Shown in pieces: positions 22,907-35,615 of a stretch of DNA of 64,000 bases. A program made the position numbers and the translations under genes. How positions within the stretch are numbered: position 1 is the stretch's first letter; each line of letters starts with the position of its first letter. The notes beneath the pieces are model-generated. The model ran no database searches, had not been told where the DNA came from, and saw only the letters and a program-made list of their open reading frames with translations. The stretch is from Mytilus edulis (lineage: Eukaryota). The stretch spans positions 64,852,001-64,916,000 of the forward strand of contig NC_092348.1 of the NCBI RefSeq assembly GCF_963676685.1. The letters are read 5' to 3'.

Positions 22907-25900
22907 ATGTATATCGACAGGACCTTGGTATGTATTGTTGTTTTTTTAATCTGCTTGTCGTTTAAACCCAATTTCGTTTTAAGAACTAAGAAAAGAAAAA
23001 CAGAGCTGAACATATAAAGTTGCTTCATTTTCAAAATGGTATTTACTACTTCATTTAAGTAATTTAGCTATTGTAGAGCCGGAATATACAACGACTCAAT
23101 TAATCGGGCCGGTATCTTAGTCTATTGAAATGTTCAGGCCTATTATCAGCAAACAATCAGTCGTATTTATTGCATGTTTCACTAATTTTCTAACCGTACT
23201 TTTATCAAATTTTTAATGCATTTTAGTGTAAAACTTATGTTTCAAAATTATTAACTAATAAAAACGACATCAACATAATATAGTAGGTGATAAAGATTAT
23301 AACATTATGTTGACTGTTGTACCTCTATTTGTGACAGTTTTACCTATTATATTTTGTTTTTTTGTTCACACATTGTTGTCAATATAAAGGAGTTAGATGC
23401 GACTGTCATTCGAGTGAGTCGTTTAGCTAGCTATTTAAGATTTAATCCATCATATCGTACATAAGAAAATGCCTGGACCAATTCATGAATATGACAGTTG
23501 TTATCCTTTCGTTAGATGAGTTTTAGCTTTTGATTTTTGTTATTTGACTACGGACTTTCCGTTTTAAATTGTCCTCGGAGTTTCGGTATTTTTTGCGATT
23601 TTACTTTTTTCTGTACATTTGTAAAAACGTTTTTTTCATTGGTTGGTCAGTCCTTTATTGTTTATGTTATTGGCGATTATCTACCCAAGTATTGAGGCAG
23701 AATATCTAAAATATCAAATTAATTCAACGGATCACAAAACCGACTGTTTTGAAAGAGGGATCAATATAATATGCTTCAATAAATTTCTACAACCGGCTGC
23801 TGACACACTCAACGATACTAGTTCCTCTAATTTCTTAACAGCTTTATGGCGAAAAATCAACAGTGAGGCTAATAGAGCTGATAAATCTCGACATAAAAGG
23901 CAGGCGACTGGGGTACCAGTCAGACAGGAAGTAAGAGCAGCTCCATACGAAATTAACTTCTTACGTTATGCACAAGCTGTACAGAGGTTGAAAAACCATT
24001 TTGTAAGTATTGTTTCGATAAGATAAAGACTAGGTTTTGTATCAAGAAAGAAAGTGTAAATGCATATTTGTTATTTAAAAAGTAAAATGAAAATGCTCAT
24101 ACACTAATAAAAAATAAGGCAATAACCAACTTTTTCTACCATAAGTATTAATAGGTTGTAAAAAAGTGGTTTTAAAAGTGCAAAATAAAGATCATGAGAA
24201 ATGATAGCAAACATTGAAAAATAACACGTGACGTAAAAAAAACCCAGCAAAACTAAAGGTCTCATCTACAGTAAATTTAGTAACAGCATCTAAACAACAC
24301 ACAGCTTATTATCGTTAAATGTTTATGGTTTTATTTAATTAAATATACGAACTGTTATATATATTAGAACTCTCCTGAAAACGTCACTAATTCTGTCGAT
24401 AGTACACACATTTATGACTTTAATCAATGCATTCTGGAAAGGGAGGGAATAATAATACAAATCTATCGTTTAATTTTCAAGTTTGACAACTTGGTTTGGA
24501 GGAAATTACCTTTAATATGATCGAATTCACGGGTTGCATAGGGTTTCCACTTTTCAACTTGTAATCATTTTCTAGAGACAGTTAAAAATCCCGATAGGTC
24601 TACACTGCAGTACTTCCATATACAATTAATTGCTTATTTGGATATATGCATAAACTATTTGATACACTGCGTTACGCTAGCTAGCCACGACCGATCAATC
24701 AATCAATCAAAAAATTAATCCACATGTCTCTTGATTCTTGTGTATGTATAAAATGATATATGGAACGTTACAACTTTGAATGTAAGCAAAATGAGTCAAT
24801 TATACCCATACGTAAAATTTGAAAAATATAATTATAAACAAGGCACGTTCTCAAGTTTGTTGGAGGCGGATACATTATTGTATGTTTTGATATTTTAGGG
24901 AGTTCGTCCGGATATGAATACATATGACATCATAGCAACAATTCACACAGGTGGAAATCGAGAACATCGAGGTTCAGCTTTCCTCTCATGGCACAGAATT
25001 TATTTGTTGTTGTAAGTTCAAGTACTTATAGTACTAGTATAAGCCTATAATAAGTATATTAATGTCTTGCTGTAAAAATATTGTTATACTATTTACTTAT
25101 CAAATTAGAACTTTGGGTTATGTATCTATTAAAGAAACTAGATTCGAAAGCAGCATGCGTATATCATAACAATTGACAAAATTGTTTTACCTATCAGCTC
25201 TTTACATGCCGCATATGATGTCAGATTTGTCGGTATAACAAGGGAATTGACAGACACATAATTGCTGATATCTTTCTGACGATATATTATGAAGAGCTAT
25301 GAAAGCAGATAAGTAACAATAATAAAATGCAATAATTATTTAAAAAAATTGAAGTTCAAAAAGAAATTATAGCATTTTATTGTGGTATTATTTTGTTATA
25401 TTAATTACATGATTTTTTTGTATTACTTGTAAATGTTTTGTTTTTGTTGATACATAGGTACCTGATGTTCTGTAGTTGTGTCGTTTGTTGATGTGGTTCA
25501 TAAGTGTTTCTCGTTTCTCTTTTTTATAGATTTGAACGTTTGTTTTCCCGTTTAAATTGTTTTGTACTAGTTATTTTTGGGGCCCTTTTACAGTTTGCTG
25601 TTCGGTGTGAGCCAAGACACAGCGTTGAAGACCGCACTTCTACCTATAATGGTTTAATTTTATAAATTGTGACTTGGATGAAGAGTTGTGTCATTGGCAC
25701 TGATACCACATCTTCTTATATCTATATAATATCTTGAATTATCCTATTTTTTTTCCAGATATGAAGCTGCATTGCAGGCTGTTTTTGGACCAGGTGTAAC
25801 TGCTCCCTATTGGGACTCCTCGTTAGATCAGGCCATGGGAAATAGACAGGCAAGAACAGTTTTATTTTCAAACAGATATTTTGGGACACCATTTGATATA

Positions 25901-26668
25901 GTTACCGAAGGTTTTTTTGCAAATTTACCTGGACGAAGAATTAGGCGTGCAGTTAACGGACCGGGAGGTTTGATTTCTAAAAATGCAATTGCGGCGGTGC
26001 TATCAAGAACAAGTCATAGTCAGATTGTACGACGAGATCAAAGTAGGTATTGCTGGGAATGCTATCACGCTAGTGTACATGTCTGGGTAGGCGGAGATAT
26101 GGAAGCGGGGGTCACTGCTGCATTTGATCCAATATTCTGGTGTCATCATGCATTTGTTGACTATGTCTGGGAATTATTTAGAAGACGTATCCCAAATGCT
26201 CCTGCAGATTATCCATTAGGTTTTCCATTGCATCCTCCCGATGATCAAATGCGGTTTAGCAATTACAGATACCAACCAAACCCTCCGATAACAAATAGAG
26301 AAGGCTATAGTAACAGATATGCTCGTCTGCGACGATATGCACCTGCCCCGTCGTGCCAAAATCAATGTTCGAATAGTCAAGACTTATTCTGTGACCAGAA
26401 TAGAGATATATGTATTTCTACAGAGGCAACATCGGAAGTATCAGGGGGACCAAGTGAGGGTAGCAGTGGTGCTTTTTTTGCTTCAGATGTAGCTGTATCC
26501 CCGATTGATATTGCGTCTGGAATGGCAGATGTGACAACAACAGTCACAGCGTTACAAAATATCAGAAATGAAATATTACAAGATATTCCGGCTGGCTCTC
26601 CTCTGAATTTGTTTACGGCAATTCAAATCGACCCGAACACTCGTCCTATATCTGTTTTTGGTGCATAA
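22907..26668 (+). CDS. Tyrosinase-like gene T3 (~466 aa if spliced like T4); exons 22907-22927, 23646-24002, 24899-25011, 25759-26668
   Basis: Exon 1 ATG TAT ATC GAC AGG ACC TTG|gtatgt. Exon 2 has a hydrophobic signal segment and an RHKR site. Exon 3 (113 nt) encodes CuA IHTGGNREHRGSAFLSWHR; exon 4 encodes CuB YHASVHVW...DPIFWCHH. All six His are present. The exon-2 acceptor position reads TG (23644-23645), so that boundary is uncertain. Confidence 0.85.
24899..25011 (+). CDS. T3 exon 3 (CuA His triad), missed by the ORF track
   Basis: tattttag|GGA GTT CGT CCG ... TTG TTG TT|gtaagt; translates GVRPDMNTYDIIATIHTGGNREHRGSAFLSWHRIYLL; same length as the T2/T4 exon 3. Confidence 0.9.
25759..26668 (+). 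CDS. T3 terminal exon (CuB site, Ser/Gly-rich insertion, C-terminus)
   Basis: Acceptor ttttccag at 25751-25758; continuous ORF to TAA at 26668. Confidence 0.9.
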
Positions 26669-28689
26669 TAAATTTGTTGTAAAAAATACATTACACAGAG
26701 TGTAAAATAGCAGGCACATACTAGTATCGAATTAACTCCGTCTTTTTGGGGGGTTTCATATGCTTATTGCTACTGACTAAAAAGGTAGCATGAGCAATGT
26801 TGAAGATATAAGGTAAACGGTTCTAGTCCAATCAAAAAGATATATGGTTAAAAAAAACTGGTCTTCATTCCCTTCTATCCTACACTAGATTGGGATATAC
26901 CTATAACTACGAAGAAAAAAAAAATAACAGAAGTTAAAACGTTTTTGGTTGTAAACGTTGTGATATTATGAATTGTCAGAATAGATTTTTACTATTTGAT
27001 CCAAGTTACCTGATAAAAATCATGTTCTTTTCATATAAACTTATTTTAAATCAGTACACACCCAGCTGAATTTAGACCTAGTACAAGGCTAAATCATTAG
27101 TACGTAATGTCGAAAGAATTTAGAACCATAACTTTCCATAGCTTTATATAAGTAAATGTTTAATTATGTTGTAGTTTATCAAAACAAAAGCAAAATTTTT
27201 GTAATTGTAAATTATTTATTCATAGAATTAACCTCGGTGTTAAATTGGTTTGCATTAAAAATAAGTTTATGAAAAATGGTTGCGACTTTACATATATCGA
27301 ATTTAAATTTACAATCTTTACAAGCAAAATGGTTGCGAGTTTACATATGTTGAATTTAAATCTTTACAAACAACATTACCGTAAAAATAGTGATGTGACA
27401 TACTGTTTATAATAACAAAAAGTAAAATCACAAAAATACTGAACTTAGAGGAAAATCAATTCGGAATGTCCATAATCATACAGCAAAATCAAATAACAAA
27501 ACGCATCTACAGGTACAGCAAAAGGTACTATAACAAAAATACCGATCTCCGAGGAAAAATTAAAAATAGAAATTCCGTTATCAAAAGGCAGAATCAAAAG
27601 CTCGAACACATCAAACGAATGGACAACAACTGCCGTATTCCTGACTTGGTACAGGCATTTTCTTATGTAAAAAAATGTTAGATTAAACCTGGTTTTATAG
27701 CTAGCTAAACCTCTCACATGTATTACAGTCGCATACATTTTCATTATATTGACCATGATGTTCATGGTGTGTGAACAAAACAATCAGACAAAATAAGTAT
27801 AAATGTCAAGAATAGGGATACAGCAGTCAATTGTAGGCTTAATCAATATAAAAACAAAAAATAATGTAAAAACAAACACAAAAAGGCATATATGCAAAGC
27901 ACATTTGCAAAAATGAAAGACATGGAAACAAAAATTCACCATAGCACAATAACACAAAATTATCCAAATCAAATTTTCTTATATGTGGAAATATTTTTTT
28001 TTAAATGAAATCCTGTGGTAAATGTGTGCAGTACAATTTAAGAATTTGCAGTTATTTAAAAAGCAAAACCATCATCATTGTAACTGTTAACGTCAAATGT
28101 TGCCTTAACTTAACGTTATCCTATTGATCTAATGTATAAGATATAATTTAGTCTAATTTTTCTTGCATTGTGCCCCAAAATAAGAATTCTAAACAAACAC
28201 GAACATGTCTTCTATTAAAAGCACACATTTAGAGCCCATGAGAATACCTGAAAATTCCAAAAAAACTTTATTTCAGAAACAGACGTTGTCCAGGAGAAAA
28301 AAGCCTGCCTTAAGTAACAGAAGAATACTTTTGTTTGATAAGATTGAATTCAATAGTGGTTTAGATAGTCGAAAAGTCATAAATATGAACTAAACTAAAA
28401 GGACGATCAAGATATACAAAACAATTACGATATGAATGCTAATGAGACACATCTCTACCAGTAACCAAATAATATAGAAGTTAACAACTATTTCTTTGCG
28501 TATGAATTATGAACAAAAAACTCACTACATAGTCAGCTGTATAAGGGTCCGAAATGAAAAAAGTAAAACAATTCAAACGAGAAAACTAACGATTTGATTT
28601 ATGAACAAAATTACAAACAAAAAGAAAATAAGAGACAACACAGCAAACACCACTATCACTGATTTAAATGCTCTATGCTTTGATGAGTT

Positions 28690-29095
28690 AAGACTTTTCC
28701 AACTGAATTTTATAGTTTGTTCTTATGTTGTTGTACTGTTACACACTATCCCATGTTAGGTGAGAGTTGGGATCCCGTTACATGTTTAAACCCGCCACGT
28801 TCTTTGTGTATTTGCCTGTCCCGAGTTAGAAGCCTGTTATTCAGTAGTTATCGCATGTTGATGTGTAACATATTTATTTTTCGTTCATTTTTTTGTACAT
28901 AAATTAGGCCTTTAGTTTTCTTGTTTGAATTGTGTTCCATTTGGCACTTCCGGGCCTTTTTTTAACTGACTATGGGGTATATGCTTTGCTCCTTGTTGAA
29001 GACCTTACGGTGACCAATATTTGTTAATATACGTGTCATTTGGTTTCTTGTGGAGAGTTGTCTCATTGGCAATCATACCACATCTTCTTTTCTTA
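28690..29095 (+). mobile_element. SINE-like repeat family B (3' end ...tctcattggcaatcataccacatcttc)
   Basis: Related copies at ~9950-10372, 22417-22660, 25460-25725, 28410-28680(-), 35875-36365, 47038-47262(-) and 47998-48480(-); boundaries approximate. Confidence 0.7.
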
Positions 29096-29879
29096 TATAT
29101 ACAGAATTAGCGGTGTTAAACATATTTATGGGCACCAAACCCTGCCTCTAAAGTGGAAAAGAACTGTTTACAAACTCTATAAAAAACTATTGAAAATACC
29201 TCAACTAATTAGATCGATACATATTAGAAAAACACGTAATAAAAAAAAAGACCGGATAATTTATTTGTATATTAAAAAGGTTTTTTCACACTCCAAAAAC
29301 GAATTAATGTAATTCTATTATGCTCATATGCTTTATTTATGCTCCTGACCGTTAATAACATTTCCCTTTGGTATCTTTCGTCCCTCTTTCATTAACAAAT
29401 ACTTCAGTATTATTTACGGAACGACTTAGAAGTATCGAAGGATTTTTTGTACATTGCCTACTAGAATCCAAAATGACAAGATATTTGAAGTTTTATTTTG
29501 TTGGGTTTGGGTTTGAATGTTGCTGGTGAAGGTAGATCATTGAATATGCATACAATTTACAAAGTTTTATTTCAGTTTTCACTTTTATTAATTCCTTTTG
29601 AAAATTAATAAATATTAATTTTATTTGTTGCATAGGGTTGTAATTAAAATGTTTGTTTATCATTATGATAAGGATATACAAGAGTAGATGTTAAATTTGA
29701 TTATTTTGAATTTTCGATCTAATTTTATCTGGAATAAATTCTTCAAAGCGTTCTGTTAACGGCCAAGCCACCAACATTTAACAATTAACCTTTTCGGGTA
29801 CCAATAAAATTAAAAAAATTTAACCCTTTTTGGCAAAATGAAATTCATCATGGGCCTCACTATGTGAACCTCTGACCAC

Positions 29880-30990
29880 AGCCCAAGTGACATCGTGTCT
29901 CAACCATTGTTTTTAAATGAAAATATTATGATTGATGGAAAAACAGCTTTTTATAAAAGTTGGATAAAGAATAATGTATTTTTCATAGGTGGCCTCATAA
30001 AGGAAAATGGAGAATTTTACAATTATGATGATCTTTTTTAGAAATTATAATATAAAAACAACTTTCCTAGAGTTATATGGACAAACTTGGTACTTGTAAA
30101 GGAATGGAAAAAATGTTATTCATTCTCAAGTATTTTTCAAACTAAATATACTGTCAGTCACAAAATTGTTGCCGCCATAAAAACAGTGGATAAAGTATGA
30201 AAACATTTTTATATTTTTTTTCTAGATAAAATAAAGGAAACCCTAGCACGCATACAAGAGAAATGAAAAATGAAATTGGGAATAGATATTGTGGCCGAAG
30301 AATGGAATTATAATTTGTTTAGTCTTCCTTTACGTATAACCGAAAATCCCACATTAAGGGCATTTCAATACAGATTATCTCAAAGATTTCCAGGAACAAA
30401 TACTTTACTTATGAAGTGTTAATATAGTGAAACAGAACTGTGCACTTTTTGTACAGAAATTAAAGAAACATATATACATCTCTTTTTTAAATTGTGATAT
30501 GCTCGAACATTCTGGCTTAATTTTTATCAAAAGATTGAAGAGGTATGTAACGTTAGTTTTCTCCCAACCTTATCAAGTATAATCTTTGGTGTTAAATATC
30601 ATCTATTTAAAGATATTCTTAATACATATATTCTGATATTGAAGGGATATGTTTATTTATGAAGAGTTAGATTTACAGTCCCATCTGTTGCTGAAGCAAT
30701 TGAATGACTTAGCTATTATTATAGGATTGACATGGTATCTATGAGTTTGTGCTCGACAAATAAAGCAATAAGAATAAAAGAAAAATGGTCAAATATTGAT
30801 AATATTATTAAGAAATAGAGCTCAATGCAAATGTGTTCTGTACTGTATTATTGACTTTATAGTATTTTATAATTTGTAACAAGTATGGTTAACTATATAT
30901 TTAGGAGTTATAACACAATTATTGTTTGTACATCTTTATTTATAGATGAAATTTGAGAATGATATGAAAATAATAAAATATATATTACAA
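29880..30990 (+). mobile_element. Decayed 3' end of an L1/Tx1-clade LINE ORF2 (zf-RVT region) plus 3' UTR
   Basis: Reads SQPLFLNENIMIDGKTAFYKSWIKNNVFFIGGLIKENGEF and TLRAFQYRLSQRFPGTNTLLMKC...LCTFCTEIKETYIHLFF; stops and frameshifts present. Confidence 0.75.
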
Positions 30991-32268
30991 AATAAACACC
31001 TTTTCGTGTACCGACCTTTTCGTCTAATTTCTTATTTACTGCACAGTATTTTCAAAATAAACACTAAAAACAGTTGAAAACACAATCTTGTAAAACACCG
31101 CCTTAGTTTTTATTTTCAAATATAAGGTGCGATTAGGGCAAAAAAAAAAAGGTCTATAGATATAAGGAGATGATAATTGGTTGCAAATGACACAAATCTC
31201 CATCCAAGTCCCAATTTGTAAAAGTAAACCGTTATAGATCAAACTACGGTCTTAAACACGGAGCATTGGCTCACATCGAACAGCAAAAAGTATTGTTTGT
31301 CTGCACACTTTTGACAAATAATTGAAAAAAAAGTTTTTTTTAAACATAACGGATACAGGAAAAGAAATTAAAATAAAACTCATTATAAACGAATATTTGT
31401 TTCACTTTAATGACATATTGACTGCTTACGTATACATGTATAAGTAGGATCTTGTTAAATGATTACTCAGTAAAAACTATTAATACAAAAAAAAAGTTAT
31501 AAGTGTATTTCTGCAAAATATTAATTTGAAAAACTCATCAATCATATTTAACTTTTATTCTAACATGGAAAACATCTTATCCGTTTTTTTTGTAATTGAT
31601 TAAACGTGATATGTTTTGAAACTTTATAAACTACTGATTAAAACTTTATATTTTGCAATATTTGTTACAACATATTACCTGGTGGATCGTTTGCACTGAA
31701 ACTGCAACTTCAGATAAAGTTAATCGTTTTGAAAATATACGTTTATGAATTATCTTAAAGCTTAATTTAAAAGTGGTAATTTAGAAGCTGTCAGAAGATA
31801 TCAGACATCATTGAAGAAGACAGATACGAATAAATAAACACTGGACAATTTGTTTTTATCTATATAACTTCATTTCATAAAGAACACTCTAATTTAAATT
31901 AAATATTTCAAAGCGATTGATGTTCTTGTACTTAGTAACGTCACAAGCTTCAGGATAAAAGAACAATGACATAGCCAAATTCATCTAAAGTCAGCTTTGC
32001 TTGAATTGAAACCATAGTTTCTGAATAGAGACAATGAAGAAACCAAAAATCGAAGACAAACTGACAAAAAAAAACCCAGTTGACAGATTATATGGAAATC
32101 TTAAGACTGGTTAGTAACACAAACCCTACGAAAATCGTGAATGTTCTCAGTTTCCCTAAAGAGAAAAAACATATTGTGACTACCGTCATATTGTCCATGT
32201 ACTGACAACTCGCATATCAGTCTCATTCGGTGAAGTCTCATTGGATGAAATGAGGACGGAATTCGCCG

Positions 32269-32399
32269 TTTCGGAATCTAATGCATTATGGGTAATACGT
32301 TGGGATTGGTTTAAAACGTTCTAAACAATAGAAATTCGACCAATGATTTCATTTTCGTGTACGAACAATTAGATTACCCATAGTCCTTTAGATACTGAA
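32269..32399. mobile_element. Small MITE-like inverted repeat
   Basis: ttcggaatctaatgcattatgggtaat ... attacccatagtcctttagatactgaa. Confidence 0.5.
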
Positions 32400-34617
32400 C
32401 AAGCGAATTGTATAAAATAAAAAAAAACAGCGCGTTTAATAATTTCATGCAGCCGACGCGCTTTTCTGGATTTACTTTCATCAGGAACGCTCAAAGCCAA
32501 ACATTTGAAATCCAAGGATGTATAAGTACCAAAACCGTTGAAGGGCTATATTTCAAAAATGACCAAAATAAATATCCAAATTCATCTAAAGTCAACTTTG
32601 CCTAAGGGAGTTGAAACATTACAATTTTAGAAAGGTTTGTTAAATCATTTCAGTACCGAATTATAAAAGATGGACGAAAGATACCAAAGGGACAGTCAAA
32701 CTCATAAATCTAAAACAAACTGACAACCTGTTTGTCAAAGTTTGAGTTGTTTTCTTTTTCTTTTTGATTGATTCTGCAGTTTCTTCATTTCTACTTTATT
32801 TGTTTTATCAGCAATAGACTTATATGAGGTTTTAAGAAGTTTAAAAACACCTACTAGGGTATGTTATCCTTACTTCATTTATTTGAAATGTTTTATCTTC
32901 TTGCGAGGCAGTTTTTAGTTCAAACATACATTGTATAAAAACACTCAACTTCGAGGTAAATGGCAAATAAGAAATTCTTTAAAATTGACAAAACCAGACA
33001 CTCAACTCTATTTAGGACATTGGTGACGAGTATCATTACATTATGAATTGTGGATCTTTTATGTTTGAAAGAAAGTTTTTTTACCTACATACTGTTGGTC
33101 AAACCCTAATATCTATAAATTTAATCAACTGTTTAATTCATGTAATATTGATATGTTAGAAAAACTATGTACATTTATCAATATTATAAATGTGAAAGTC
33201 AGTCCTCCAGGTTAATTTCATTGTATTGTTCACACATGCTTGTAAAAAATATAGTTATATTTATGTATGTTCTCTATAACTATGTAATTGTAGTTTTATG
33301 AGAAATAAAGTATTCGTATTCGTATATTCACACAAATACAATAAGTTTGCAAAGGTAACTTTTCCGATGAAAGGTAAATCACGAAAGCAGTATCTGATGC
33401 TAATAATGCAATTGTTTTTCAGTACAACAAATCAAAGCATTTGACTAATGGAAATTAATGAAATCTTGTTTAAAGTTTTAGAGAAGTTTTTGTTAAGATG
33501 AAAACAAACAAACTGCTCTAAATTTGTTTGATTTTTATTAAACCTTTATGTGTTCTATTGGTATCTACGTATAGAACACATTTACAATAAAGAAAATGAA
33601 TGATGAATAAGTTGAGTGTTAAACATTCAAGTTTTAATAAAAATGATTCATAAATTGCTCTGTGTAAAAGATATGAGAAAATGTGATATCAGTGCCTATG
33701 AGACAACTCATAATTTGTAAAAGTAAATCATTTAAGGTAAAAAAAAAACGGTCGTCAACACGGAGCCTTAGCTCTTACCGAACACATAAATTCAAATTTT
33801 AATCTTAAGGGTTATTTTCACCATGTTTTCGTTTATAAAGAAAGGAATAGCTAAGATCCTAGTGTTTCTCCGCAGTATATTGCTGAATATTATTTGGAAA
33901 TCAGTTCATTTCTTTTTTAAAGAATTAAAACCTAAAACAGAATTGAACAAAGCATTAATAAGTTTTATTCTATATCCTTTAATCACAACCTTAATTATAT
34001 TCAGTATTTATTGTCTTGGTACTATTTTGGTTTTATCAGATCTTAAAATATTAGTATTATATTAAGGGCTTTCATATATATTGTCCTCGAATTTCACTGA
34101 ATTTACATTTCTTGTCAGAATGCGAATGTGATGCAGTAACAAAGTTACAGTTGATGATGCGTCTTGTTTATCTTGTCTTACTCTTAAGTACAAAATGTGT
34201 ACATGTTTCTAATAAGGGTGACTTGTCCTTTCTAACTATGAAAATAAAAAATGAAAAACATATTGTAGGTATTAATGCGGAGTATATTATGAAGACGATT
34301 GTTCGTTATTTATTTAAGGGTTTCACATGGTAGAAACATAGATAAAGACTTCAACAATGAGAAAAAACACATACTATAAAGTTAGTTATAAAAGTGAGCT
34401 TAGAAGGCACAAACATGAATAATGTGAATCAATTAAAACGACAAAAATAACAACATAAGTTATAAATTTCGAAATAATTAAGACACTAAGGTTTCAACTC
34501 CCTCAGGCAAAGTTGGCTTTAGATGAATTTGGTTATTTAGTTTAGGTATTTTTGACATATAGCTCTTTAACGGTTCCGGCACTTATACGTCTTCGGATTT
34601 CAAATGTTTGGCTTTGA

Positions 34618-34659
34618 GCGTTCCTGATGAAGGTAAATCCAGAAACGCGTTTCGGACGC
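34618..34659 (+). ncRNA. Minimal type-I hammerhead variant (second family), in repeat ~34485-34690
   Basis: GCGUUC-CUGAUGA-a GG uaaau CC a-GAAA cgcgu UUC^-GGACGC; an inverted, more decayed copy lies at 32449-32490. Confidence 0.65.
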
Positions 34660-35615
34660 AGGAAATTATTAAACGTGTTGTTTTCAATTAATATAACAAG
34701 AAGATAAACTACCGAACAATAAGTTTCTGACTTGGGATAGGTACATAAAGATTGTAGCTGGTAAAAACTTGTTTGTGAGAACTCAACCCTTTCCAAACCT
34801 TGGACAGTGCTGTTTCTGTTCAACATATGAAAAAACTATAAAAATCAGTGGAGAAGCGTTTTATTCGGAAGATCAGACCGAAGCACAGAAAAAAAAACCT
34901 AAAAACACTTTGTACGAAAGAAAACAATGTTGGTATGTTGTACACTAACATCTCCTAAATACTAACTTCATTGTCAGCGCTCTTGGCAATACCGTGTTGC
35001 CCAGTCTTTACTGTGAAGGAGGCCAGCATATTCAGAGACACCGTCGGTTATCCTAATCAGTAAAGATCGAAATAGAACAAATCGCAATTGCCAAGTGAAA
35101 GAATCTTATTCCAATTGATGCAATAGACTACTAAGACAAATTGGCCATTGCCATCGAGATCACCAATTTCAGTATACTATAATCCTCCTCCTCCTCCGCC
35201 TCCTCTTTCCTTCTCGTCATCATCATCATCATGTCATTGACTCTTTGTTTTTCATTATTATATTTGTTTAGCCAGTAATAAAAAAGTAGTTTTTTTTTAA
35301 ATTGTATGTACTCTTTTGTTTCATTTGTATTTTAAAAAGGGGGAGAGTAATTACATGGTTTTAACCAATTCATGCTTGGATATGAAATTTCAACAACGAA
35401 CATATTATTTCCTCAAATGCATGTGGTTTTTCTAATTGTGCATTCTAGAGGGTATTCACCTAGTAAATCAAAACTAAATTGATTGTAAAATGTAACAATC
35501 CGTCATTTGATTAACATATTGAATGTTGATTTAATCATAATAATGTACTTAGTTCAACAAAACATTTACTCTTAAAAGTCATTCATTTAGGATTTTCACT
35601 TGAATCGGTTGGAGG

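Noticed and set aside
23643-24026. Treating ORF-track entries (12036, 23643, 37738, 25772, 42037, 61273) as complete genes
   Set aside because: They start at TTG/GTG or intronic codons and overrun splice sites; they are exons of multi-exon genes.
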